Below are positions 36,186-47,457 of a DNA stretch of 64,000 nt, piece by piece (positions within the stretch are counted from its first letter, which is position 1; each line of letters starts with the position of its first letter). The position numbers and the translations under genes were made by a program. A model generated the notes under the pieces. It worked only from the letters and a program-made list of their open reading frames with translations, did not search any database and was not told where the DNA came from. The DNA comes from a virus. The stretch spans positions 9,802 to 73,801 of the IMG/VR virus record IMGVR_UViG_3300030117_003378; one strand, written 5' to 3'.

Positions 36186-36808
36186 TTGTTGGTCTTGTAA
36201 TCAAGACATTGTATGCGAGTGCGAAGTCGGTAAGGAGGGACAAGAAGAATGACGAGTGGGACGATGGATTTGACACCGACGCCGCGAGCAGTAGCGATTA
36301 TATGCCTTGAGATTCTCAAGAATGCCCACAAGATTGATACACCGCACGACATTCAGTGGGCCGAAGAGCAGATTCTCAAGATGATTATTGAGGATTGGCC
36401 GGATGACAAGTATTCAAAGGCAAAGCGCGAGCAATGGGGGGAATTGTAAATGAATGAAACAGACAGAGAAGTAATAGAAGAGATGTTGGACAGTATAGCA
36501 CATCTCGCAATCATGCAATACGGCACGTTTGCGAGAAACATGGTTGATAAACTACAAATACACATAAACGACCACGTTCATGCCGGAGATTGGATGGATG
36601 GATTCGTGACCGGCCTTGAATGGGTGCTTGAAGAATTAGACGGCGTGAGGGTGGTCTGAATGCCGCGCAAGGGTCAAAGAGCAGGTAACCGATGGCGTTG
36701 GAATCAGCGTCGCTCAGTGCGCGAATTGAAGGCATTGCGAATCCCGCACAAGCCACCACGAATGGGTGCGGCACATACCTTTATAGGGTCACAAGAGGAG
36801 GAGTAATT

Positions 36809-37027
36809 ATGACAGAAGAGAAGCCCTGCGAATACTGCGACGACGGTGACGATTTGGATATGGAATGGGCAACCGAATATCAATGTATCGACCTATCCGA
36901 CGCCATGTTTGAAATCGAAGATGGCTCAATCGTAATCAGCGTCAATGAAACGATTGACTGCGAGGAATGCGGAAGGTCTAAGACCTTAACCGGCTACGCA
37001 AAGATACACACATGGGAGGTCGAGTGA
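36809..37027 (+). CDS. Small acidic zinc-finger protein
   Basis: CEYC...CEECG; ATG follows the cassette at 36776. Confidence 0.6.
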   Translation: MTEEKPCEYCDDGDDLDMEWATEYQCIDLSDAMFEIEDGSIVISVNETIDCEECGRSKTLTGYAKIHTWEVE

Positions 37028-37345
37028 ATGGCGTGTTATGTTTTCTCAAGCGGCGATAGATATGGCGGCACAGTATATCACGACACATTAACTGATATGT
37101 TCTTCATGCTCAATGACGATGGCGAAGAAGTGAGGTTGTTCTAATGGCATATCTTGGTGGATGCGACGAATTCTATTGTGAAGGGTGCGAGCAAGACATA
37201 CCCGCAGATGAATTCGGTTACCATGAGTTGTGTCGTGAATGTATGCAAGCGGCCAAGGAACAAGCAGACTATCGAGCATGGGTCGTGCGTGGTGGATAAG
37301 GTTTATAGGGTAACAAGGATAGGGAAAATTACAGGAGGAATAGAA

Positions 37346-38521
37346 ATGACTACTACACAGCAAACAAGGAAGCCGTTGCCAAAGCGCAACACAGGAGAAA
37401 TTAGAGGGTTCGGTAAGCAGGTAAAGACTGAAGGTCGCGTCCGGTGGATGAGCCACAACAACCACGCCGCGAATCTGTTCAATTGGTATGATGCCGAGCA
37501 TCGACTGACAAGAGCAGAAACGAGTGACTACTTCAACGCTTACAATTTGAGTTGCTCGGTGCCACGACTCGTAACAATCGACTATGAGATGGAAGATTAT
37601 GAGGTAACCACAGGGACCGGCGATAACGTAGCCAATGTAACAAGGCAACGACCGGTAAAGGATGATGAGGGTTGGCCTATCGTCAAGAGTATTTCACTCA
37701 TCAGTCCGACGGAGTGGTTCTCAACACTAATGAAGATGCACCGAGTGATTGGTAAGAGCCGTAAGGTAGAGGTCAAGGACGAAGAGGGTAACACCGTAAT
37801 GTTGACCACTCACACCGGCAAGCAAGTACCAAAGACCACATACGAGTATTACAACGAATACAAGCCTGTGACTATTCACGAAATTGTCGGGATTGGTCGA
37901 AACGGCGGTGTGCAGAGAATTTTAGACGACTTGAGTGTTATGGTAACGGGTCGTCAGGGTTACCCATTCGTGAATTACATCACGACGGGACGACGAGGCT
38001 CCGCCAATTGTGGGGCGTATGGGGCAAGGACACCGTGGACACAGATTCAGGGTGGCGACTTCAACCGTAACTACCAATACAATGTTCACTACTACAAGCG
38101 CAACAATCAGCGACAGGTCACAGGCGAATTGGACGAGGAATTCATGCGTGTCTACGGTGAGTGGAAGGCGTTATTCGCTGACCTAACTGCACTGAAGACG
38201 GTGGCCGACACCAAGCAAATCAACGAAACGGTCGAGAATGCAAGAAAGAGTGTCGCAAAGTTAGAGGGTGACTTGACAAAGATTCAGGAGAAGTGGACCG
38301 AAGAATACATGATGCAATTCGCTCGCAACGAGAGGGATAAGCAACTCAAGCAAGTAGAGCAGAATCTCAAGTACCGCAAGGAAAATTTAGAGCGTTACGA
38401 GAAGAGGCAAGCACATCTAAAGACACAGGACACGACATCAGTGACCGCCTTCCAAAAGAAGCACTTCGGGAAGGTCTTCAAGAAGGCAAACGTGGAGGGG
38501 TTGGGAGATGCCGATAATTGA
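37346..38521 (+). CDS. Hypothetical early protein with a C-terminal coiled coil
   Basis: ATG 37346 follows the cassette at 37298; 391 aa. Confidence 0.75.
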   Translation: MTTTQQTRKPLPKRNTGEIRGFGKQVKTEGRVRWMSHNNHAANLFNWYDAEHRLTRAETSDYFNAYNLSCSVPRLVTIDYEMEDYEVTTGTGDNVANVTRQRPVKDDEGWPIVKSISLISPTEWFSTLMKMHRVIGKSRKVEVKDEEGNTVMLTTHTGKQVPKTTYEYYNEYKPVTIHEIVGIGRNGGVQRILDDLSVMVTGRQGYPFVNYITTGRRGSANCGAYGARTPWTQIQGGDFNRNYQYNVHYYKRNNQRQVTGELDEEFMRVYGEWKALFADLTALKTVADTKQINETVENARKSVAKLEGDLTKIQEKWTEEYMMQFARNERDKQLKQVEQNLKYRKENLERYEKRQAHLKTQDTTSVTAFQKKHFGKVFKKANVEGLGDADN

Positions 38522-41006
38522 GGGCGTATTGAGAGAATGGGCATTGGAGGAGATGGCCGCCGAAAAGGCGACCCTCCTCCGGCTCGTCTCCGCCATCATT
38601 GACGGACAAGTAACGGTCATATCAGACACGCCGCACAACGAAGACCACAACGAAATGACATTGGTTTACCGGAGGGACAATTGATGCTCTGTTCAAACTG
38701 TGATATGTCATTCTTGTCGAAGGAGTGGTCGGTGCTGAGTATCAAGCGCAAGCCACAGTACGAGAAGGGAAGTGAAATCACACTTGCTTGCCCTAGTTGC
38801 GGGGCCATGTGGTCAGTGACAGGATATGCGGAGTGGACACTATGACGCATCCGTATTGTCGCATTTGTGGTGAGTACAGTCTCACCGAATTTAGCACCGA
38901 CTTCACATTTAGTGAAATCAAGTTCGGGGAACATTTTACTCACTACGTCAAGGTATGTAACTCTTGCATCAAGGAAGCGGTAAAGCAACGATTGGAGATT
39001 CTTGGGAGAATCTAAAGGTTTATAGGGTAACAAGACTACGATAATTTACAGGAGAGATGAAAATGAGTTACAGAAACATGACAAGATTGGCTTGTTTTAT
39101 AGCAGACCGATATGTAGCAGAATATGACCGAGAGATGATTGGGGAATTGGTTCTCAAGTTCGGCGGAGAAGCCGTCGAGGACTTCTACGAAATATATGGC
39201 CGAATATACGGTGCAGATGTTCACCAAATCCTGAATTGGATTTACGAAATGGAGGATTGAAAATGGCAGTACCATACGATTTAGGACAATTGTCGGTGGC
39301 CGACATTCAGCGAAAGGTCGGCGGGTTTAACAAGGAATACAAGGTGGTTACACCTAATCTTGGCAACCGATTTACCGTGCAATGCGGAAAGGGCAAGAGT
39401 GCTATTTTCTATGTGTGGCATTACTACGAGGAAGAAAACAAGATTTACCCCGAATATCAATTCGATACGAAGCACGAAGCCCGTGACTACATCTTTGAGA
39501 AGTGGGCGGAAGTACGACGCAAGGTCTACGAAGAGCATTGTGACTATTGGTACTTTGATGACGAGGTTTATGACCCTGAAGGGGAGGAATGAATATGAGG
39601 ACGATGACAATAATTGATAGCGAGTTTGAAGATATGTTGGGTTACATCGAGTTTTTGGAAGACAAGTTTGGTAACCATTGGGAAGAGTTTGTACAAGCCG
39701 GACTATCGGTGCGGGAAGCATCTGACGAAGAAGCAAAGCATTGGGAGGAATGAATATGACAAAGGAAGGCACACATTATTTGGTTTTGAGCGTGAAGGAT
39801 TTGAGGGCGTTGCTTTCAATGGCGGAAAAGGGCGCAAGCCTAACCGAGTCGAAGATTGACACATGGACACCGGAAATGCACACTATCGTCATGCGGTTCA
39901 ATGAAAACGCCAAGTACGAGGGACAATTGAATGCAATAACAGTGAATGATAAGACCATGAATGAAATACGCAGGGGCGATTTCTGAATATAAAGGTTTAT
40001 AGTGTAACAAGGGTAGCAAAATTTAGCGGAGGAATGAAAATGACAAGACAAACAATAAAGGTAAAGGTAAAGATAGAATTAGAAGAGGAGATGGAGATTA
40101 ACGCGGAAAATTTACGCGATATGAGTATCGAAGAATATATCCACGAAAACTTTGAGTACGAGATTGGCGATATAGTTGACTACATCGAGCATTGGGTGGT
40201 CTGAATGGGTGAAAGGTTGATGATTTACTCAGCCGAGGAATTGCGCTCTAAGCCACTCAGTCAGGTCAAGCAATACGAGGCGTATTTGTGGGAGCAATGG
40301 CGTATCGCAGAAACGGTAAAGAAGTACATGGAGATGTTGTCCGATGAGTGACGTAACCATCCTTGTCTATTCGTACCGAAACAAGAGCAACAAGACACGA
40401 TGGGCCGTCAAGGAGCAATGGAATCAGGAGATTCTAAGCAACGGTCGGAAGATGACAGGGTTCGATTACCACGCGGCAAGACAAGAAGCACAGGTTTGGA
40501 AGCGCGAGTTATTGGCTTACGGTATGGATGCGGTAGTGTCTTACAACTACGAGACACCGAAGAGTAACGTCACACCTATCAATTGGGAAGAGCGACTGAT
40601 GTCACAAGACCATGACGAGCAAGACCGATTTGGTGCATTACTATGATTGACTACCGAATCAGCATTCAGGTGCTTGAGCCGCCTATTGGCTCGCGAAATA
40701 TCCGTTGGGAAATCAAGGATGGCATCGGCATGATTCGTTACGGTTGGACTATGGTCGAATTGATTGAGACACTTGAGGAAATTAATAAGTCAATCAGTCA
40801 GCCTTGAATGTTGTGAAGGAATACTTTTGAGAGATGATGAGAATGGCTAAGGAGATGAGAATGCGTCAGCGTATCGACAATTGGGTCGAGGACCGTTGTG
40901 ATTGGTGGGAAGCCAATTGGGATGTAATCACACCGTGGTTCATGGTCGTAATCGGCGCAGGAATTCTATCCGTAACGTTTATAGTGTAAGGTTGTTAGGG
41001 ATTTCT

Positions 41007-41432
41007 ATGGAAGGAATATCTATGGACGGTGTGGTCGAAATCGGCCACGACAGTATTTTGAAGATTGCCCACGGTCATGCGTCTTTGGCGACGACGAGGG
41101 CGGATAATCTACTGTTGACACTTTTCGGTGGCACCGAAAACACAATCGTTTGGAGGTTGCGTGAAAACACATGGATGATGTGGAATGTGACACAGCGACA
41201 TATAGACGGACCCAACCACCGAGCAATTCGGATTGCCGTAGACCAAAGCGACTTGGTATTCAATGACGAAATTGCCGACCTCATGGACACAATCGGCGGT
41301 TATGTCGTCGTTATGAACGAGGAAGAAGCAAGTATCATATTGGATTGTGTCATCTTTGAAGAGACGATTCACATACCATACCTGTTCCTCCTGCGTAGCA
41401 GGAGAAATGGTGGAGTCGGGGTGTTAGCATAG
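41007..41432 (+). CDS. Hypothetical early protein
   Basis: ATG follows the cassette at 40974. Confidence 0.6.
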   Translation: MEGISMDGVVEIGHDSILKIAHGHASLATTRADNLLLTLFGGTENTIVWRLRENTWMMWNVTQRHIDGPNHRAIRIAVDQSDLVFNDEIADLMDTIGGYVVVMNEEEASIILDCVIFEETIHIPYLFLLRSRRNGGVGVLA

Positions 41433-41728
41433 GCCGACGAACGAATGGCGGGAGGACAAGGAGGATTCTCCGAACCTGTATTTGGAACGGGCATCTCGAC
41501 GAATGGATTTCCGCCAAGGAGTTGTCTCTTATCATAGCCAAAGAGTACGACACAGATAGTGAAGGAAGGCCGCTCTTGTGGGCGGACGTGACTACCATGA
41601 AAGTAGCAACCGTACTCGGCCAATTAGAGCGATACGGCGAAGTCGAACAGAACCGGAAAGCAGGGAAAATCTCCCTGTGGCGAAAGGTTTAAAGGGTAAT
41701 ACACTACCCAAGTTTGGAGGCAAAATAA

Positions 41729-42004
41729 ATGAAGCAGAAAAGACTAAGAGCGGCGATTGCGAGAGTCCTGTTGGACTCGATTGAGCGAGGAGAAGGAGGT
41801 ATCACGGTAGGTCAGGTCGCTGACCGATTGTTGAATAACGGGTACAAGGATGTACCGTCGGGGCGACGCCTCGGACAGATTATGCGTTCGACCCGTGGAT
41901 TTGAGCGCAACGAGCGACAGTATATTTACGACAGTGACCGAGGTGGCTCAGTGCTACTCTCACTGTGGACTATCAACGAGACAACGGTGCGTGAATGGTT
42001 ATGA
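41729..42004 (+). CDS. Putative winged-helix protein
   Basis: ITVGQVADRL...PSGRRLGQIMR...LW pattern. Confidence 0.6.
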   Translation: MKQKRLRAAIARVLLDSIERGEGGITVGQVADRLLNNGYKDVPSGRRLGQIMRSTRGFERNERQYIYDSDRGGSVLLSLWTINETTVREWL

Positions 42005-42053
42005 ATATAAACCTTTATAGTGTAACAATGGTAACAATTTTTGAGGAGAGAGC

Positions 42054-42569
42054 ATGAATATATTTGTATTGCACACAAGCCCGACATTAGCGGCACGATA
42101 CCACGACGACGTTCGACTACCCAAGATGGTAGTAGAATTATACCAACAGTTAGGCTCTGCCGTTCGACGCCACGGTGCGACCGACGAGCAGATGCCATTG
42201 ACACAGAAAGGCACACCACTCAAGGGTGGTTATCACAATCACCCCTGCACCCGATGGGTCGGCGACTCAATAGCCAATTTCTTTTGGGCGCATCGCCACG
42301 CGGTTGCCCTATGTGCTGAGTACACCAAGCGCTTCGGCAAAGTACATTCTTGTCGAGCAGGTATCGTAAAGTTACTCGACCTATCCGTACTCATACCTTC
42401 AGGCACCCTTACACCGTTCGCACAGGCCATGCCTGACGAATACCGTGACGACAACGCCGTCGCCGCTTACCGCCGCTACTACCACAGTAAGGCAGATAGT
42501 AAGGGCGGCGTTCGTTGGGACAAGTACGTCGAAGTACACGGTCGTTTGCCGGGATGGTGGATGCTATGA
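42054..42569 (+). CDS. denV: Pyrimidine-dimer DNA glycosylase (T4 endonuclease V-like family)
   Basis: MNIFVL, KMVVE..Q.L, HNHPCTRW, LCAEY..RFGKVH, AMPDEY and AYRRYY. Confidence 0.8.
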   Translation: MNIFVLHTSPTLAARYHDDVRLPKMVVELYQQLGSAVRRHGATDEQMPLTQKGTPLKGGYHNHPCTRWVGDSIANFFWAHRHAVALCAEYTKRFGKVHSCRAGIVKLLDLSVLIPSGTLTPFAQAMPDEYRDDNAVAAYRRYYHSKADSKGGVRWDKYVEVHGRLPGWWML

Positions 42570-43468
42570 AGAATAACGTCATCTTAGACACATCGAAGAT
42601 TGAGATTGAGGAGGTCTACCCGTACACACGGTCAGGCAAGAATCCCGTAATGCAACCGACAATCGTCCTGAGAGATACCGAGACGAAGGAGTATTACTAT
42701 TTGTGCGGCATGAAGGTTCTGTACTCACTGATGAATCAGTTAACACGGCACTACTACCGCACGACAATCAAAGACTATCTATACAACGGACCGACCGAAG
42801 AATTCATTACCCTGTTATCCCACGACATCCTTAGTTACAAGGGTGTCCTGTCTTTCAATCTATGTAACCCCAAACAATACATTCAATCATACGGTCGCAA
42901 GGCTATGGTAAATACACGGACACCGGCTAACGATAGTCACAACATCGTGCAGACCGTGTCCTCGGTCTATCAGGATTCAACGGTAGACCATATTATGTCC
43001 GTAGCCAAGGAATACGACGTACATTGGGAGTTCGTCGGCACAAGTACGCCCAACGACGGTTACGTCAAGGCCACCACAAACAAGCGTTCATATCCTGACA
43101 GAGTGTGTTACAAATTCCAAAGACATGGTCCGCTGTATAATAAGGGCCAAATCAACATCACACTTTCCCCGACGGGTACTATGATGGCTGAGGTTTGGTT
43201 CAAGCATCCCATTATGGGTTACGAGATTTCGCCCTTTGATTCTCTACTGAAGATGACTGAGCAGGATGCAAGGTGGTTAGGGCCGTGGCTTCAGAAGATA
43301 GACGAGGCACTTGAATACGCATACAGACGACATGAGCCAACATTAGCGAAGGAGACTTGGGATAGGGAAGTCAGAAAGTTTGAGGGTACTGCATCGGAAA
43401 TTGGTTCGACACGCCGTATGTTGTGGCGCAACAAGGCTCTCAAGTATTCATTCGGGGGACTGCGCTAA
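42566..43468 (+). CDS. Hypothetical protein
   Basis: 300 aa; ATGA-coupled. Confidence 0.7.
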   Translation: MKNNVILDTSKIEIEEVYPYTRSGKNPVMQPTIVLRDTETKEYYYLCGMKVLYSLMNQLTRHYYRTTIKDYLYNGPTEEFITLLSHDILSYKGVLSFNLCNPKQYIQSYGRKAMVNTRTPANDSHNIVQTVSSVYQDSTVDHIMSVAKEYDVHWEFVGTSTPNDGYVKATTNKRSYPDRVCYKFQRHGPLYNKGQINITLSPTGTMMAEVWFKHPIMGYEISPFDSLLKMTEQDARWLGPWLQKIDEALEYAYRRHEPTLAKETWDREVRKFEGTASEIGSTRRMLWRNKALKYSFGGLR

Positions 43469-43745
43469 TGTTTCTATTATTTCGACGAGACTCAGAAATA
43501 ATTACAGGCTCGCAGTACAACGGTTTTAATTCATTCTTTTCTTACCCATTAGGATGTGTAAAGGAAATCACCAATACGGCACTATCCTACTACCTAGTTA
43601 GTAGAAAGGTAAATACCCTAAACGGGAATAGAAAGAATTACGGGGGGTTCGCCGCAGTAACACGGTTATTTGTTTCAGCGACTCGCAGAAAGAATAGAAA
43701 GAATGGGGTGATGGCATAGGACACAGGAATGGAGGTCAGCGTTGC

Positions 43746-44153
43746 GTGAGTGATTTCGCGTACCGTATGATAATGGAAAAGGGACGGATGACGACGAATG
43801 AGATTTGGGTGGCCGCACAAGAAAGTGAGACTCGGATTGCCCACTCAGAAAACACGAATCAGATTAGCAACAGATTGAGGGTGTCCCCACTGTTCACACA
43901 ACACGGCACTGTTCGTCAGCGTTCAGCGCGTAGCGCAATCGGTGTGAATGTTGGCAGTACGGGTCACGGAGAGGAGATATGGCAGGGACAAAGTGTACGC
44001 GCCGATGCCATTTTTCACAACAGTCCTCTATGGGATATTGCGGATTTAGACACGGTTGCCGAGAAGTACCTTGCGAAGACACACAAGGTAAAGGTTCATA
44101 GGCTTCCCGCTATCCTCCGTAATAGAATCAGGGAGTTGGTGGGCGATGAGTGA
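43746..44153 (+). CDS. Putative winged-helix protein
   Basis: MTTNEIW...NQISNRLR..P.F...LW pattern. Confidence 0.55.
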   Translation: MSDFAYRMIMEKGRMTTNEIWVAAQESETRIAHSENTNQISNRLRVSPLFTQHGTVRQRSARSAIGVNVGSTGHGEEIWQGQSVRADAIFHNSPLWDIADLDTVAEKYLAKTHKVKVHRLPAILRNRIRELVGDE

Positions 44154-44934
44154 CTATTTCGGAAAGAAGGTAGATGCAAAACGAGTTATCGTATGCGTGG
44201 ATGGAGAGACGGGACACGCGCCTTTCGTGGCGTTGTCCGCATTCATTCAGGACAAGAAGGCAATTGGTTACATTATGTCACGATTCATGCGCCAAGACCC
44301 CCTCAATACTGTCCCTGATTTCGACGGGGCGGGTTGGCCGGTCTACGATATAGGCAAGGACACTTTGGCAGTCGTAATTCGCGGGTTCCACAGTCCTGAA
44401 TCAACGGGGTTGGGGTCAAACACCATTTGGACGTACTACTACCCTGTAATGAAGGGCCTAGTCGAAGTCATGGCGCGTCACCATTTCAAGTGCAAGGAAT
44501 TGTTCTTCCTCAACACGACTTCAGTCCACCAGTTTATGCCGGACGAATTGTTTGAGCAGTTACCGAATGACAGATGTCACGTCACGTCATTTGAAGCCGG
44601 AGAGATGGTTCGGGATGATGGGATGCCGCAGATATTCTTGCACAGTCCCGCGTGGTGCATCCCGTGGTTGTTCTCGTATCTTGGTGGGGAGGCAAATATC
44701 CTCACGGTGGGCTTCGATGAGGATAACCCCGAAGCCGTCGACATTACGGCGGCACACACCCTTTCACAGAAGATTCAAGATATGACTGATATTCCCCGAG
44801 ACAACGCCCACATGGAAAAGGTCGCGGCAGAAATCAACGAGGTTGACGAGGCCGAGCAAGAAATGTTCCGAAAGGTATTTAGTGAGCAGACCGACCGCAA
44901 GGGTAACGGGGACGTTGGAGGTATGTTCGGATGA
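44146..44934 (+). CDS. PAC2-family (PbaA/PbaB-like) proteasome assembly chaperone/activator homologue
   Basis: Strand/helix order and motifs IGYIMS, VDITAAHTL...D..MEKVAAEI; C-terminal MFG resembles the HbYX tail (MYG) of archaeal PAC2 proteins. Confidence 0.55.
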   Translation: MSDYFGKKVDAKRVIVCVDGETGHAPFVALSAFIQDKKAIGYIMSRFMRQDPLNTVPDFDGAGWPVYDIGKDTLAVVIRGFHSPESTGLGSNTIWTYYYPVMKGLVEVMARHHFKCKELFFLNTTSVHQFMPDELFEQLPNDRCHVTSFEAGEMVRDDGMPQIFLHSPAWCIPWLFSYLGGEANILTVGFDEDNPEAVDITAAHTLSQKIQDMTDIPRDNAHMEKVAAEINEVDEAEQEMFRKVFSEQTDRKGNGDVGGMFG

Positions 44935-46289
44935 CTGATGAGCCAATGGATATTTTCGATTCTGTTCAGCGATATGCTGACGCCAACCACTACGTCGATG
45001 TGGCTGATAAATTACCCATCTTTATTTGCTCAATCGGCGCACACATCCTCAACACTTTGAACAAGTGTAATCAATGCCCGTTCAAGCCGGAGGACAACGA
45101 GGAGGGGTACGCCATCTTTGACTGTCCCATGCGCCATGAGCATCAATCAATTTACACACCGATGAGCCACGTCGCCGACACCCGATTGCACTTACTAATG
45201 CGAGGTGCTAAGGGGTCGGGCAAGAACGTCCTCATTGACCTCTTCCTCCGAGAAGGCACGGGTCTTCTATACAACACCAATGCGGTGACAAACGTACTCG
45301 ACGCACAACACCGAGATGCGGGGTTCCCGACGGACATTGGCCCCAACTCAATCACGGAAGCCGGTATGTTCGGCTCAGTAGATGAAGAGGGCAACATCAC
45401 AGGTCGTCCTTTGGCCCGTGATATGTGTGGTGGCTTCCTCGGCTTTGAGGAGTTTTCATCCGTGACTGATGCGAGCAAGAAAGACCACAGTATGGATATG
45501 AAGAATCAGTTGCTCACCTCCACTGACAGTGGTCGTGTCAATAAGCGAATGCGAAGTGGTATTGTCCGCTATCTCACCAAGTACACGATTTGGGCGGGGA
45601 CTCAGCCCGGTCGTTTTGAGTTGGAGTCCGGTCTTGACCGACGCTTCTTCATCATTGAGATTGGTATGTCGCCGGAGAAGGAGCGAGCATACAAGCAAGC
45701 ACAGGTTCTCAACAGTAACATGGACATCGGGACTCGGGTGAGACTCGCACAACAAAACCTTGAAATAAGGACTTGGTTCACGACACGTCTTCTCGACGCC
45801 ATCAGCAATCCACCGTCACGCCTACTGTTCGACGCCTCTCTTGAGGAGTGGTTGATGCAGGGTGACGTGCGAAGTCACGAAGCAGACTTGTTCCGTCGCC
45901 TCGCTATCGGGTATCACATGATGCAACCTGAGTGGAAGGGGGGACAATCCTTGACGGTAACCGTCGACGATAGGTTAAAGGCGTTACTCGATGCGTCGTT
46001 GTTGATGCGACGAGAAGTGATGGACGCCGACGTGCAACTCATCAAGACCACGTTTTGGGGTACTGAAATGCCCCGCAGTACGTTGCTTAAGGAAGTATCT
46101 CGCATGGTCACAATGGGTGACTACCAATCCGCAAAGCGGTGGGTTGATGACAACCTGCGCGGTCAGCGTTGGTACGAGGAATACAGGCCGGAAGGTGTGG
46201 GCCGTGGGCGCCGTGGCGTCATGGTCAAGATACAACCACCGGCACCGAAGGAGCATACAGAATTAGAATGGGGTGAATCCGATGAATAG
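44931..46289 (+). CDS. MCM-like AAA+ helicase
   Basis: HLLMRGAKGSGKN, SITEAGMFGSV, GGFLGFEEF and LDRRF; no long N-terminal OB domain. Confidence 0.75.
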   Translation: MTDEPMDIFDSVQRYADANHYVDVADKLPIFICSIGAHILNTLNKCNQCPFKPEDNEEGYAIFDCPMRHEHQSIYTPMSHVADTRLHLLMRGAKGSGKNVLIDLFLREGTGLLYNTNAVTNVLDAQHRDAGFPTDIGPNSITEAGMFGSVDEEGNITGRPLARDMCGGFLGFEEFSSVTDASKKDHSMDMKNQLLTSTDSGRVNKRMRSGIVRYLTKYTIWAGTQPGRFELESGLDRRFFIIEIGMSPEKERAYKQAQVLNSNMDIGTRVRLAQQNLEIRTWFTTRLLDAISNPPSRLLFDASLEEWLMQGDVRSHEADLFRRLAIGYHMMQPEWKGGQSLTVTVDDRLKALLDASLLMRREVMDADVQLIKTTFWGTEMPRSTLLKEVSRMVTMGDYQSAKRWVDDNLRGQRWYEEYRPEGVGRGRRGVMVKIQPPAPKEHTELEWGESDE

Positions 46290-46599
46290 GAGAGCAAGTG
46301 GAATAGAAAAATATACAGCAACGACAGGTAAGCACAAGTGGTGGCGCAACGCTACATACGAGTGGTTGAAGAAACAGGATGGGCCGAAGACCGGTGAGGA
46401 AATCATCGAGGCTTATACGACCGGTGAGATTCTAGCCCGGACGGGGATGCCGTTCTCAACCAAGTATGTTCCGCGCCGACCAAACGATGTCTCCCAACGA
46501 CTACGCCGTGACGCCCGATTCAAGAGTATCAAGGTATGGTCACGACGACCACATGGTGGTGGCTCTTATCACATTCACGCATGGACGGTGGAAGAATGA
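46282..46599 (+). CDS. Putative winged-helix protein
   Basis: PKTGEEII...VSQRLRRDARF...W pattern. Confidence 0.55.
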   Translation: MNRRASGIEKYTATTGKHKWWRNATYEWLKKQDGPKTGEEIIEAYTTGEILARTGMPFSTKYVPRRPNDVSQRLRRDARFKSIKVWSRRPHGGGSYHIHAWTVEE

Positions 46600-47231
46600 G
46601 GTCACGACGAGAAATAGAAGAGCGTATGCACTTACTCCACGCTGAAGGCAACCATGACGCTTCGGGCTTGTTGGGTTGGGTTCTTCAGGATGCAGAATGC
46701 GCTATGTGCGCCCACAAGTCCGCCCGTGAGTTTGAAATGAAACTCAACCGTGAGGAGGTTACCGCTTCCTTCCTTGAGATGAAGATGAATTGGCCTGTCG
46801 GCACGGTAGATACTCACATGAAGGAACACGTTGAGTATGACCCGACTGAGGCTTCTGCTATCGAGCAAGCCCGTACTGAGACGATTGACACGCTCAACGT
46901 GGCGGAGAATCTCATGCAACGTATGGTCGGTTGGCTTGATGAATTGGAAGAGCGACGTGAGATTGAAGGTGTGTCGTCAGATTGGATTGCTGACGCCACC
47001 AAACTAACAGGTCAGTGCCACACCGGATTGAAACTTATCGGTCAATTGAAGAAGGAGATTGGTGTTGATTCACAGTTACTTCTTGCCGACCGCAAGATGG
47101 ATGCAGTCATGGGAATCCTCGTTGACACTCTCCGTGAGGAGCCTCGGCTTCTCGACACTATCGAATTGAAATTGGCCGGTCTGAAAGCACCGAGCCACGT
47201 TATCGACGCAGACTTTGAGGTGGTTGAATGA
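46596..47231 (+). CDS. Zn-binding HTH plus helical protein (possible small terminase)
   Basis: CAMCAH...HMKEH followed by long amphipathic helices. Confidence 0.4.
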   Translation: MRSRREIEERMHLLHAEGNHDASGLLGWVLQDAECAMCAHKSAREFEMKLNREEVTASFLEMKMNWPVGTVDTHMKEHVEYDPTEASAIEQARTETIDTLNVAENLMQRMVGWLDELEERREIEGVSSDWIADATKLTGQCHTGLKLIGQLKKEIGVDSQLLLADRKMDAVMGILVDTLREEPRLLDTIELKLAGLKAPSHVIDADFEVVE

Positions 47232-47457
47232 GACGTAAGCGCACTATGTATCGCACGACCTTCACCGAGAAGGATATGGTTGAGTCCATGATGATTCTAC
47301 GAGAGGACGATGTCACATGGACCGTCCGTTCCGACCGCATTCAATTCCTAATTGGCCCCTATGCAATCACAACTGAATCGGTACGCAAGCGATTCGATTT
47401 GGGTAAGAGCCAAATGCAAAGGTTTATAGCGTTCCTGTTGAGGCAAGAGTGGTCGTA

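Larger units (their letters stand above)
33631..42028 (+). repeat. Dispersed promoter-RBS cassette repeats, consensus AAGGTTTATAGGGTAACAAG
   Basis: Copies starting at 33631, 34802, 34854, 35175, 36776, 37298, 39015, 39992, 40974, 41684 and 42010; outliers at 47419 and 48757. Confidence 0.9.

Noticed and set aside
33631-42028. Repeats as a CRISPR or guide-RNA array
   Set aside because: Spacing is irregular (50-1700 nt) and the intervening DNA is protein-coding; the repeats contain TATA and RBS elements
43423-43719. 98-aa ORF
   Set aside because: No RBS, atypical composition, and it overlaps a repeat-rich, probably non-coding region
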